64,000 nucleotides of DNA from Escherichia phage SP15: sequence record AP019559; one strand, given 5' to 3'. Position numbers and translations under genes: made by a program. The notes beneath the pieces are model-generated. The model saw nothing but the letters and a program-made list of their open reading frames with translations, made no database searches and was not told where the DNA came from. Of this stretch, positions 54,144 through 64,000 are shown one piece after another (the first letter of the stretch is position 1; each line of letters begins with the position of its first letter).

Positions 54144-56201
54144 TTACCTTATATGAATGTACCCGTTTTGCAGGTCTATCTTCATTCTATAATAGGCTTC
54201 CGGATTATCAGATAATGCAGCGTTTCTATCATAAATAACGTTAACACCGATCTGAGATAAGAAGGCATTATTTGCTACAATCTTACTGGCGGTTACCGTA
54301 CCGTTAACTATCATATCGCCATGCAGTACCATTGCAGGGTTAATCCAACCGGAACCATTCCATTGACGAGTAAATGCAGATTGCGGAGCATTACTATTAA
54401 ACTCAGTCAATACATCATATCTAACTGGTGGACTACCAAAGTTATTCTGGAAGAAGGCATTAGCTTGTCCATCATCCCAGCCTCCAAGACCTGGAATACC
54501 TAAGGAGTACATGCCAGGCCCCCTTTGACCATCTGCACCAATAGTACCTTCAGTACCGCTCCACTGAACTACATCAGACCAGCTAGTACCTTCAAGAAGT
54601 TTGTTAGTAACTGGATCAAGTGTACCCGTAGTCGCATAAATATTTTGAGTCATATCTGTGCGGTTAGGTGGGGTTTTAGACCAACCAGGAGGTGGGTAAT
54701 CTTGTTCTAGTGGTTTAGCAGGTAGAGATGTTGCTAACTTATAAACAAATACTGTTTGCTTACCTTGCATACCAGTACCTAGATCTACATCGCCATTAGG
54801 AGTTCCAATAACTACTCCACTAGAAATACGTAGCACATCACCATCATAACGAATCCACTGTGTGGCATTACCAATGTCTAATTTAGCTTTGGCAGAGGTA
54901 TTATCCATACCCATCCAAATACCAGAGTTATTATCTCCCCAAGATTTACCTTGAGTGTAAATTGCTGGGTTATCCTTACCAGATAAGTTAGTCATGATAA
55001 AGTTCGCAGCATTAATATCTCTAGTAATTACTTTACCATCAACGTTAACAACACGGTTTATAGGGTCGAAAGAAATAGGTGCTTTTCCTTCTTCATCTAG
55101 CAGACCAATGTTAATAGCACCAGTAGCTGCGTCGATTAAGAATGTCTGTCTCCAGATTTCTCCATCTTTCATGCTGCCCTTAATAAAGGCATAATTAACA
55201 TCAATACCCGTCTCATTGACAAAGCTGTTGTCTAGAGGAGTATCTTCATTCAATATAAATGTTACAGGAGCTGATTCTGTTATATCTTGCTTATTTGGTC
55301 CCCAGGCAATTGATGATACCTTAAAAGTATGCTCAACTTTCCATGGGAATGATATAATTGTTGCAGCTCTAGCAGCCCCAACGTTTATCTTTTGAGCTTT
55401 AGCCCAACCAGTCTTAGCGTATTCTTCAGAGTTTATATAAGTAACCAGAAATTCACGGACATTAGCACCAGCACCACGTTCCCAGTCCCATTCTATTCTA
55501 ACATCATATCGTTCCTTACCGTCTGCGATTCGTGCAGCTTTAAAGGCAATGTTAGTAGGTGCAGTAGGTGGTACGAAATTATAAGCTACAGTGAAAACGC
55601 TAGGATATTCATAATAACCAGATGAGTCAACTGTAACACCATCTGGCATCGTAACTTGACCAGATATTCTGATCTTATAGTCACCAACAGGAACACCACC
55701 AAATTTGATAGTAGGTCCCAGTGCGCCTATATAATATTTAACCCATTCACTATCTTCTGATGCAGTACTTTTTAATTCAATAGTGCAGTAATTAGCTTCA
55801 CCAGCAGTCTCTACAACAACTATTGGAGCACCAACACCAACGTCAACGGGTTCTGATTCAGATCTTGCTGCAGTAATTATTGGCTTTTCCTTTGTTCTAA
55901 AGTTAGTTTCATTAGAGAGGTTGATACCAATCTTAGCTTCCAGTAACTCTGAGTCAATAATTGAGTCATAGAAAGCCCCCTGAATCTCATAGGAGGTAGA
56001 GGGGGTTAGATTATTAATCATTACGAAGAAAGTATCTATACCGGTGTAATCACGTCTATCTATACTTTCTCCTATTTTTAACCAAAAAGATCTACCAATA
56101 ACATCATAATCAGTATAAATGGAGTGCTGGACATAAGCCAAAGTATATCCAGTCATTATACTATTTAAGACCATTTTGGCTGGTGCATTATTTGAAATCA
56201 T
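54144..56201 (-). CDS. pb4: central straight-fibre/baseplate protein (T5 pb4-like)
   Basis: Size and position match pb4; start at ATG 56201 (MISNNAPAK) overlapping pb3 stop (TAATG). Confidence 0.7.
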   Translation of the reverse strand: MISNNAPAKMVLNSIMTGYTLAYVQHSIYTDYDVIGRSFWLKIGESIDRRDYTGIDTFFVMINNLTPSTSYEIQGAFYDSIIDSELLEAKIGINLSNETNFRTKEKPIITAARSESEPVDVGVGAPIVVVETAGEANYCTIELKSTASEDSEWVKYYIGALGPTIKFGGVPVGDYKIRISGQVTMPDGVTVDSSGYYEYPSVFTVAYNFVPPTAPTNIAFKAARIADGKERYDVRIEWDWERGAGANVREFLVTYINSEEYAKTGWAKAQKINVGAARAATIISFPWKVEHTFKVSSIAWGPNKQDITESAPVTFILNEDTPLDNSFVNETGIDVNYAFIKGSMKDGEIWRQTFLIDAATGAINIGLLDEEGKAPISFDPINRVVNVDGKVITRDINAANFIMTNLSGKDNPAIYTQGKSWGDNNSGIWMGMDNTSAKAKLDIGNATQWIRYDGDVLRISSGVVIGTPNGDVDLGTGMQGKQTVFVYKLATSLPAKPLEQDYPPPGWSKTPPNRTDMTQNIYATTGTLDPVTNKLLEGTSWSDVVQWSGTEGTIGADGQRGPGMYSLGIPGLGGWDDGQANAFFQNNFGSPPVRYDVLTEFNSNAPQSAFTRQWNGSGWINPAMVLHGDMIVNGTVTASKIVANNAFLSQIGVNVIYDRNAALSDNPEAYYRMKIDLQNGYIHIR

Positions 56202-59050
56202 TAAATGGATGCCCACTCCACAGACTGTTCTCCATCATCCCCTTCTGCCCTAATACGAAAATACAATTTTCTATTTATACCTAGAGCACCGCTGTTCTGG
56301 AGAGCAAAGTCTGCCTTATTATATGTTAATAAATAGTCATAAGTATACTGATTTTCAATACGTACACTTCTTAACATCCTATTTTGCGAATCGTGTATTT
56401 CAAGGGTATAAAATATACTCTCTATTATATCTTCTTCAGGTATTCTATCCCAGGCTAGTTTCACATCTGGGCCAACAAACTCAGTTACATCTCCAGAAGC
56501 AGTATTAGTTACCCTAAAATTAGATACTACACTAAGGTTTTTAGCAGAGTTAAGTTCTATAGACAGAGTCACCGGGGAACTTCTTCTACCATTAATATCT
56601 ACTGCCCTTATCTCAAATATAGCCAGACCTGCTGGTTCCCCAATTATTTCTTGGATCATACGTTCGTTAGGATTGGTCTCTAACTGTTGTATTATGTAAG
56701 GTTCAGCATGACCGGAATGCACGATAGAGTAATAAACTACATTATTGGTTAGACTCGGAAGCCAGGATAACTCACCATTTTTACCTATAGAACCAACTAA
56801 GCCACCGGGTGTAGGAGTATACTTAAAATCTCTAGGAGGAAGAACATTGTTACTAATATCTGGTATATCATTACCGCTATTATCAACCTGCTCAGAGTTG
56901 ATGAATACATCTTCTCCATACTCCTGTAGAGTAACATTTATCTTACCCTCTCTAGAGTTTTCAACCTCATCAACTAGGAAATACTTTTTGTCCCATCCAT
57001 AACGATCATATGTGAATGCAATAGCATCATTAGGCTCAATACCAATGAATTGATATGGCAATGAAAAAGAAAGTGTTCTTGAGTATCTGGATTTCTTAAG
57101 TTCTCTATCCGCAAAACTTCTTGCAGTATAGTAATTAGTAATATTAGCAAAAGATAGTTGTAATTTTTTATCCAGGTTCTTGTCCTGTTCCTTATACTTG
57201 GAGTTATAGAATGTAATGGAATTAGTTTTCCAGCTAAGGGCTGGGTCTACGATAGATGCTTGAACTGAGTTGAATTTATTTCTACCAGTAGTATCTGATA
57301 GCTCCAAATCACCATAAGTATCTAGAAAATTAATCTCTAATGGAGTATTAGAGTATTTTTCTACAGTAACCCTGTACTGGCCAGATAAGTTGTTAATAGC
57401 CCCACCGTAGGACTCTAATAAACCTTGCACATTTTTAAATACTGATTCAGATGTATCCAGAATAGTATTCATTTGTACTATTTGTCTATTTTCTGCTAGT
57501 GGATCAGTCCACCCAACGTATCTCCAATATGGCTGCCAAGATACCTGATAGGATTCATCTATAATATCTAAAATAGCTGCTTCCTGTATTAATTGCTGAA
57601 GAGGGAACTGATCAATGGTAATATTAGCACCGTATCTATCAGAGGTTAAGTAATCAAGTGTTTGCCAAATACCATTTAAACTAGTACTATTAGCAGTTAC
57701 TCTACCATCAGAATGATAGACTTTTACTTTTTTACCTTGAATTTCAGCACTAACTTCAGGAATCTCAGTCCTATTTTCATTAATAGTGAAGCGCACCACT
57801 GCGTATGCAGTATCTAGTAGTTTATATCTAGCATCCCAGTACTCCGGTCCATTGCCATTCATATTCTGAAGGTAGAACCCACGTTCTTTAGCTATATCTA
57901 CTAGTACTTCAGAAGCCGTTTGATCAGATTTTCCATGATACGTCCAGATTCTTATATCACCATTACCATCATTATACTTATACTCCTGCCCATGCATAGA
58001 AGGACTACTAGAAGGTGTTCCTGACGCTATTCTTTGCATGGTATCTCCGGCTACTTTTTTAACACCGAAACAGGTTCTAGCAGAGCTATCATTAGAGTCC
58101 ATACAAATCATGGGGTTATCCCCAAATGAAAAGTCAAGAAAACCGTCTATCTCTCCTTCAGCAAAAGCATATACTACGTAAACTATATTAGGATTGTGTA
58201 ATTCCGTATCCGCAAAAATAGGTATTCCCGGTATTTTTTGAACTCCATAAACCACCGGTATATATTTAGCAGCAAGGTTAAAATCTATATCTACTTCTTT
58301 AGTAACAGTCTCATAGTACTTTTTAAGACTATAGCTTCTAGATAGACCAAATAGTTTTTTCTTAGACTTTAGCTTGTATCTTTCTTCCTGTACCTGATAT
58401 TTTGCTAGGATAGAGATACTTTTATTAGAGTGGAAGAATCCATAGTCTTCTTGGTACTCAGGTCTTTTAGCCCCATTAGATGGTACTAACTGTCCAGCTA
58501 CAACTTCAAGCCCCCTATGGGAAGCGTCATCAGTATATCTGCCATTAACTCTATCAAAGTCATAGAATTGGTTAGAACAATTCCAGGTAATTATAGAGGT
58601 TCCTACTCCAGAGGTACTAATGTTATCTTTAATGCCCCCTCCAGTAATCCTCCCCCTAAAATATAGTAAAGGACCATTTGTATCTGGGTCTACTGGTAGA
58701 ATAGAACCATCTTCAGTAATAATTGCTTGATGAATTGATACGGTTCTATCTAAGAAGGATACACCATTTTGTACTAGTTTTAGTACTTCATCCTGTGCTG
58801 TACCAGTAATAGTAAAAGATAGACTACCAATAGATAAATCTCTATTTTGTTTGTGTGAGCTAATAGACTTAACTTTACCCGCCTGGTATAAGATGCCATT
58901 ATATAGTACATCCCTAAAATAATCAGTTAAATAAATAAAAGCAGTACTAGTACCAGTAGAGCCAGGTAACTCTAGAGAAATTAGACTAGCAGTTTTTATT
59001 CTGCTATTATTTTTTAAGTAGTTTCTAGCACTATCTAGTATTTTTTTCAT
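56201..59050 (-). CDS. pb3: baseplate hub protein (T5 pb3-like)
   Basis: 949 aa, position between pb9 and pb4. Confidence 0.7.
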   Translation of the reverse strand: MKKILDSARNYLKNNSRIKTASLISLELPGSTGTSTAFIYLTDYFRDVLYNGILYQAGKVKSISSHKQNRDLSIGSLSFTITGTAQDEVLKLVQNGVSFLDRTVSIHQAIITEDGSILPVDPDTNGPLLYFRGRITGGGIKDNISTSGVGTSIITWNCSNQFYDFDRVNGRYTDDASHRGLEVVAGQLVPSNGAKRPEYQEDYGFFHSNKSISILAKYQVQEERYKLKSKKKLFGLSRSYSLKKYYETVTKEVDIDFNLAAKYIPVVYGVQKIPGIPIFADTELHNPNIVYVVYAFAEGEIDGFLDFSFGDNPMICMDSNDSSARTCFGVKKVAGDTMQRIASGTPSSSPSMHGQEYKYNDGNGDIRIWTYHGKSDQTASEVLVDIAKERGFYLQNMNGNGPEYWDARYKLLDTAYAVVRFTINENRTEIPEVSAEIQGKKVKVYHSDGRVTANSTSLNGIWQTLDYLTSDRYGANITIDQFPLQQLIQEAAILDIIDESYQVSWQPYWRYVGWTDPLAENRQIVQMNTILDTSESVFKNVQGLLESYGGAINNLSGQYRVTVEKYSNTPLEINFLDTYGDLELSDTTGRNKFNSVQASIVDPALSWKTNSITFYNSKYKEQDKNLDKKLQLSFANITNYYTARSFADRELKKSRYSRTLSFSLPYQFIGIEPNDAIAFTYDRYGWDKKYFLVDEVENSREGKINVTLQEYGEDVFINSEQVDNSGNDIPDISNNVLPPRDFKYTPTPGGLVGSIGKNGELSWLPSLTNNVVYYSIVHSGHAEPYIIQQLETNPNERMIQEIIGEPAGLAIFEIRAVDINGRRSSPVTLSIELNSAKNLSVVSNFRVTNTASGDVTEFVGPDVKLAWDRIPEEDIIESIFYTLEIHDSQNRMLRSVRIENQYTYDYLLTYNKADFALQNSGALGINRKLYFRIRAEGDDGEQSVEWASI

Positions 59051-59661
59051 AAACTTTCCCGTAAATTTAATGAGATGCCGGAGTATGTTCCGTTATTATT
59101 TAATGTAGATCCGAAAGCATCACCATTCATGAGTTTTGTTCTAAATAATATCCCATTAAATACTGGTTTTTCAGCTCCAGTAGTAGTTACAAATAAATCA
59201 GGATATACGTTAATAGACCATGAATTACCAGATCTATTAAATGATGTTATTTTATAAACTTTTGGGTGATTGGATAACTTAAATAAATCACCTGGTTTAG
59301 GAATACCGGTAAGAACACCTTTTGTATCCATAGTAATATTGGAACCTTTCTGTCCAGCAGGTATACTTACTAAGTTAGTATTGCCACTAACCCTAAAAGC
59401 CTCATACTGAGGTAATATAACATCAATGTAGCCTCCTGTCCTCTTATACTCTAGAATAAAGGAATCTAGAACACTGAATTCATCAGGAAACAATTCTGGG
59501 TAAGAAATGTTTATACCCCAGTACTGAGCGGATACCTTAACTTCGTTAACTTTACCATTAGGTAACTCATCACGAATTACTGGGTCATTATCAATCAGGT
59601 TAACACTTTCGAATCCTAAGCCTGAAAGTTCTGGATTCGTGTATGGGTCTGGTAATCTCAT
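59047..59661 (-). CDS. pb9: distal tail protein (T5 pb9-like, Dit)
   Basis: 204 aa directly downstream of the tape measure gene; GGAGA RBS. Confidence 0.7.
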   Translation of the reverse strand: MRLPDPYTNPELSGLGFESVNLIDNDPVIRDELPNGKVNEVKVSAQYWGINISYPELFPDEFSVLDSFILEYKRTGGYIDVILPQYEAFRVSGNTNLVSIPAGQKGSNITMDTKGVLTGIPKPGDLFKLSNHPKVYKITSFNRSGNSWSINVYPDLFVTTTGAEKPVFNGILFRTKLMNGDAFGSTLNNNGTYSGISLNLRESL

Positions 59662-59734
59662 AGTTAATTTCTCCTCTTTAATAACAATATTATAATAGTA
59701 TTAGAAAATTTTATCAAGAAATTTTTATTTTTCC

Positions 59735-59765
59735 ATAAAGAAAAGGAGGACTCAAAGTCCTCCTC
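59735..59765 (-). terminator. terminator-like hairpin between tape measure and distal tail protein genes
   Basis: GGAGGACTCAAAGTCCTCC hairpin with U-run on minus strand. Confidence 0.45.
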
Positions 59766-59770
59766 CAGTT

Positions 59771-62700
59771 TTAAGAATTTCCTAATGTTTTCAGACTAGC
59801 ACCGTTCTCATTCAGAGCTAGTTCTACTGCGTCTCTTAGAGCACTACTATTACTAGAGGCAAACTCTCTAAAACTTGCAGCATCCATAGCACTAATATTC
59901 AGGATGATAGGTCTTCCTGAAGTTGAGTTAGACGAGGTTTTTAGCTCATCATTAGGTGTAGCTTTCATAGGAATCATAGGTGTAATTACTTCTGTACCAT
60001 GTTCTCCCATCTGGTAGCTAACCCCGGGGTACATATTACCACCTTCGGCACGCGGCACAAATGAATTAGCGTTACCAATACCTTGATCGCCACGAATATA
60101 AGATAGTTCACCTGCATTAGCAGACATGGACACATCAATGTTCTTCTGTCGCTCCCCTAAGGTTAAGTAACTAGTTGTATCTGCCCCAGAATCCGCAATA
60201 CTTGACATACTAGATGCAGAGGATGCCTGAGCAAGAGCTAATGCACCTGCCAAACCTGCCGCTACCATTAGAGGAATAGAGAACGGGTAAGGTACAGCTG
60301 TTGCTGCCTGCATAACTGCTACTGCAGTTTGGATGATAATCTGCTTCTTAGCTGCATCTTGTTGAATCTTCAGCTTTTCAGCTTCTAGCTTCTTCAATTT
60401 AGCTTTAGATGCTTCTGATTTACCATCACGTTTCTGCTCCGCTGCGATAGCTGCATCAATAGCACTAACCTGTTGACTAGTACTATACTGAATCATAGAA
60501 GATACAGTTTGCATGCCAGAAGCAATCAAGGAGGTAGTATCTAGTGATCCCTGAGAGAACTGGATCATAGCGTTAGTTAAGTTACCCATACTTTGAGCCA
60601 CAGCGGTTGCTTCAGAATTTAATTCAGATAGCTTAGAGATTGCCTGATCATAAGAAGCCATTCTATTTTGCATATCTGCAAAATCTTTGTCTTCCCCAGA
60701 TAGTCCAGTTGTAGGAGTGTACACAGCACCCACAGAAGATCCTACCTGTTGCTGCATTTGGCCTTCTCTTTGCTTTCTAAGTTGCTCTAGAGCAGCAGCA
60801 GTTTTATAGATCTCATTACGATACTTGATCTCTTCTTCGGTATTGCCCTTAGATAGTTCTAGCTGTTCTTGCAAAACAGATAATCTTTCCGTAAGAATCT
60901 GAGCTTGGCCAGTAACATTTCTTTGTGTTTGGCTGACTTCTAGTGCATCCATGAGAGCTGATACATGTGAGGCAGTTGCCTGCTTCTCCGTTTCCCATAG
61001 TTCCCTGCTTATTTGTGCTTGAGCACGTCTAGACTGTTCCGCCTCTTTCTGTTTGTCCGCTTGTTTTGTATACCATTCGTACTTCTCTTTCTCTACAGTT
61101 AGTTCTAGTTTTAGCTGAGCTAATCTATATTGAGTAGTAGTCATAGTACGGTCATTCAGAAGAGCTATCTCACGATCTACACCAAGAATTTTATCTGTGT
61201 AATCCTTGACCTTCTTCTGAGCTTCCATACCCTGATTGGTAAGTTTAAGTTTCTCCAGCTGAATTTTTTCAATTTCTTTCTCAACAGCTTTATTCCCCTG
61301 GTTTGTTTGAAGAACACGGCGTAAAGCAGCTTCTTGCTCTTCTAACTGTTGCAACTCTAAACGTCTACCAGCTTCCTGAGCCTTTTCCTTATCCTTAGTT
61401 TGATTGTATACATCAGCTATCTTCTGTTGAACTGCTAACTGATTTTTAGTTTCATTACCAGTTAGTTTAACATACTCAGATAGAGCCTGAGATGCAGTTT
61501 TCATTTCAGACAGGGTGTTATAACCCAGATTAAGGTTTTTAACATATTCATCAGCACTCTTACCAGTACCTAGAGATAGAGATTCTATGTTTTTTATAGC
61601 ATCTGCTAAAGTAGCACTAGTTTTAGCAGCAGTATCTGTATTCTGAGCAACGTTCTGTATGTCATTAGCTAAGTCACTAGCCGTTTTCTTAGTCTGATTG
61701 TACGCTTTCTGCTGCTCAGTTAGTCCTTTTAATACAGTAGAGTTAAAATCGTATACAGCATCAGGATCAGTAGTATCTCTCTGTAGATTAATTTGCTTCT
61801 GAAACTCTGGACTAGCCTTTGCAGCAGCGGCCCCAGCAGCTTGATACGCTGATTTCCAAGCATTGAGATTCTCTGTAGAATCCTCTACTTCCTTACCAAG
61901 TCTAGTTACTTGTAAACCCATAGCTGCAGTTTCTGCTACAAATTGCTTATTGGCCTCCGAAGCACCTGCTGCTGCAAGACCAACAGGAATACCTTCACCA
62001 ACTTGACGTATAGCTAATTTTGTATAGAAATCTGCTTGTTCCATTCGTTTATCGAACTCAGATTTTAGCTTATTACGCTTATCAAGAGATTCCTTATACA
62101 TATCTAGAGCTTTATTATACCCTTCTTCAGAAGCGGCTAAACTTAAAGCAACAGCACCAACGTTGGTAGGATCTATCTGTCTATTAGTTTTTTCTTGAGC
62201 TCTAGCTGCTTCAGCAGATACAGAAGCCTGAGAAGTATAAAATACTGTGTTGATAGCATCAATTACGGGCCCTAAGTATTTAGCAGCAGCCTGCTGAATC
62301 TTTCTCAGTGCGGCATCAGCATTAGCGGCAAATTGCTCCCACGGAGTAGCACGTAAAACTTCATCTAAGTAGCCAAAACGTTTAGTAGACTCTGCTATAA
62401 CAGCATTAGCATACGCCTGCTGTTTCTGGAAAGTAGTAAGGCTGTTAATATTATATGTTATACCTGTGTTTGCAGCATTTAACTGCTTAACGTAATCAGC
62501 ATAAGCATCATTAAGACGAATAGTAACACCAAGTTCATCCAGAAGTTCGATTTCTTGTTTAGATACACCCTTAATTACACGGTTAAGTGCATCAGTCATA
62601 TCAACGCCAAGAACAGCAGCAGCACGACGAGCTACTAAACCAAATTTATTAAGTTGTTCGGCGTCAAATCCATAAGCGGACGCTGAGGATGCTTGCCTCA

Positions 62701-63451
62701 TAGCTTCTTCAAAAGAGATTGCATAGCCAGCTGCCTCTTGTAGTGATCTAGCAAGGGACTGAACAGGAGTACCTGTCTGAGTACCTACTATAACACCAAA
62801 TTTTTCTAGACGATTTAGCTGATCACCTAGTTTAAGTTGCTCGAATGCAGATTGCAAAACGAAGATGTTGGAAGCAAGAGCTGCGTACATAATAGGTAAA
62901 CTACCACCGATCTTAGCCATTGCTGCAAAATCACGAGTTGCACCGCGTGCCGAACCAGAAGTATTACCGATAGCTCTGGAAGCTCTTCCAGCAGCACCAG
63001 TAGTATCATTAAAGCCCTTAGCTGTACCACCTAAAGCTCTATTAGTATCGTATAACCTATCTTGAACTTTCTCTGTTGCAGCTGCAACATCATTGCCCAT
63101 TGTTTTAACAGATCTAGAAACTCCATCGAATCCAACTTCTAGTTTATCTGCTACTTCAATCATTGTAATAGCTAGGTCATCCAGCTTAGTCCCTATATCA
63201 TTAATAGATTTAGTAATACTAAGCATGCCCCTACTAGCCTGCATTTTAGTAAGACTTTTCGCTGCTCTATCTGCTGCCCTCTCAATGGAGTATAGAGTTT
63301 TGGGCATTTTACCTAACTGTTCATTCGTTAGCTCAGAAGCCGCAGCAGCATTCTCTAATGCATCAGATACGTTTTCAATAGACTTTGCAGTACGAGTTGC
63401 CCCCTTCTGTTTAACGTCTATCAGTAATTCTCGTATTAGCTTATCAGTCAT
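59771..63451 (-). CDS. pb2: tail tape measure protein (T5 pb2-like)
   Basis: 1226 aa, extended coiled-coil, Ala/Gly-rich hydrophobic stretch near C-terminus. Confidence 0.85.
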   Translation of the reverse strand: MTDKLIRELLIDVKQKGATRTAKSIENVSDALENAAAASELTNEQLGKMPKTLYSIERAADRAAKSLTKMQASRGMLSITKSINDIGTKLDDLAITMIEVADKLEVGFDGVSRSVKTMGNDVAAATEKVQDRLYDTNRALGGTAKGFNDTTGAAGRASRAIGNTSGSARGATRDFAAMAKIGGSLPIMYAALASNIFVLQSAFEQLKLGDQLNRLEKFGVIVGTQTGTPVQSLARSLQEAAGYAISFEEAMRQASSASAYGFDAEQLNKFGLVARRAAAVLGVDMTDALNRVIKGVSKQEIELLDELGVTIRLNDAYADYVKQLNAANTGITYNINSLTTFQKQQAYANAVIAESTKRFGYLDEVLRATPWEQFAANADAALRKIQQAAAKYLGPVIDAINTVFYTSQASVSAEAARAQEKTNRQIDPTNVGAVALSLAASEEGYNKALDMYKESLDKRNKLKSEFDKRMEQADFYTKLAIRQVGEGIPVGLAAAGASEANKQFVAETAAMGLQVTRLGKEVEDSTENLNAWKSAYQAAGAAAAKASPEFQKQINLQRDTTDPDAVYDFNSTVLKGLTEQQKAYNQTKKTASDLANDIQNVAQNTDTAAKTSATLADAIKNIESLSLGTGKSADEYVKNLNLGYNTLSEMKTASQALSEYVKLTGNETKNQLAVQQKIADVYNQTKDKEKAQEAGRRLELQQLEEQEAALRRVLQTNQGNKAVEKEIEKIQLEKLKLTNQGMEAQKKVKDYTDKILGVDREIALLNDRTMTTTQYRLAQLKLELTVEKEKYEWYTKQADKQKEAEQSRRAQAQISRELWETEKQATASHVSALMDALEVSQTQRNVTGQAQILTERLSVLQEQLELSKGNTEEEIKYRNEIYKTAAALEQLRKQREGQMQQQVGSSVGAVYTPTTGLSGEDKDFADMQNRMASYDQAISKLSELNSEATAVAQSMGNLTNAMIQFSQGSLDTTSLIASGMQTVSSMIQYSTSQQVSAIDAAIAAEQKRDGKSEASKAKLKKLEAEKLKIQQDAAKKQIIIQTAVAVMQAATAVPYPFSIPLMVAAGLAGALALAQASSASSMSSIADSGADTTSYLTLGERQKNIDVSMSANAGELSYIRGDQGIGNANSFVPRAEGGNMYPGVSYQMGEHGTEVITPMIPMKATPNDELKTSSNSTSGRPIILNISAMDAASFREFASSNSSALRDAVELALNENGASLKTLGNS

Positions 63452-63535
63452 ATTTTATTTTTCCCAATAAAAAAAGGCTCTGGGCAAATCACCCAGAGCC
63501 AAGCCTCATCGTGGAACGCCCATTGGAGGAAACTT

Positions 63536-63904
63536 TTATCGCGCCCGAGATCTAGCATGTGGCTTAACGTTAGGTATTCTACCGTTTTGCGGCTTATGCT
63601 TCTCAGCACGTTTACGTGCAGCGTCTACAGCTTTAGCATCAAATATATTGATAATGTGTAGAACAAATTCTTTCTCTATAGGATCGGTAATCCCATAAAT
63701 ATCAAATAAAACACCTAGAGCAGCTTTATCTTTGCCTATAAAGATAGGAAAGTCACCCGGTATGAAACAGTCAACTAGACTATTATAAATATTCATACTA
63801 ATAGCTACAATAGGTGGAAAATCTTCAAGTTCAACAGGCATAGCCTTAGGATCAGGTTCTATACCCATTGACTCGCAAAGTATTAGATATTGTTGTTTAG
63901 TCAT
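63536..63904 (-). CDS. hypothetical protein upstream of tape measure (possible tail assembly chaperone)
   Basis: 122 aa; position typical of tail assembly chaperones. Confidence 0.45.
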   Translation of the reverse strand: MTKQQYLILCESMGIEPDPKAMPVELEDFPPIVAISMNIYNSLVDCFIPGDFPIFIGKDKAALGVLFDIYGITDPIEKEFVLHIINIFDAKAVDAARKRAEKHKPQNGRIPNVKPHARSRAR

Positions 63905-64000
63905 TTTAGACGCTGAGCTTTTAATACATTTATCAGCAAAGTCGGCAACAGCATCTAGTAGTTCTTTACGCTTTTGAGCTACGAAAAGTGTCTAAGTGGA

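Noticed and set aside
59771-63451. Antisense and nested ORFs inside the tape measure gene (61130..61324, 62827..63030, 62865..63065, 63093..63470)
   Set aside because: They are embedded in a long, well-supported coding region and are typical low-complexity artifacts.
63905-63991. Open reading frame continuing upstream of the 122-aa ORF without a start codon, possible programmed frameshift of a tail assembly chaperone
   Set aside because: The upstream gene is cut by the window edge, no XXXYYYZ slippery heptamer was found in the 100 nt available, and the 122-aa ORF has its own ATG.

Overview
This window reads as a contiguous segment of a T5-like siphophage genome (Tequintavirus-type), called from gene content and order and from an early promoter at 30061-30125 that matches the T5 P_N25 promoter as I recall it. 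Left to right: (1) 1-20.4 kb, minus-strand early region with about 15 tRNA or tRNA-like genes among small ORFs, then RNase H, thyA, dihydrofolate reductase, nrdB, nrdA and phoH, with a plus-strand three-gene low-complexity cassette embedded at 4.7-6.3 kb; (2) a divergent promoter switch at 20.4-20.7 kb; (3) 20.7-49.1 kb, plus-strand early replication genes: nrdD, a Sir2-like protein, small paralog pairs, HNH endonucleases, a large P-loop ATPase, a split NAD-dependent ligase, DnaB-like helicase, primase, family-A DNA polymerase, SF2 helicase, SbcD/SbcC-like pair, flap endonuclease and dUTPase; (4) 49.1-64 kb, convergent minus-strand late tail genes: L-shaped tail fibre locus, collar, pb4, pb3, pb9 and the tape measure protein. 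The most notable observations are a perfect 94-bp tandem duplication that frameshifts the tail-fibre gene ltfA, the unexplained low-complexity cassette inside the tRNA region, several atypical tRNA-like RNAs, a 5'UTR hairpin ahead of the DNA polymerase gene, and a 535-bp non-coding region with inverted repeats. No CRISPR array or integrase was found. All calls are from reading the sequence and the ORF track; no database search was run.
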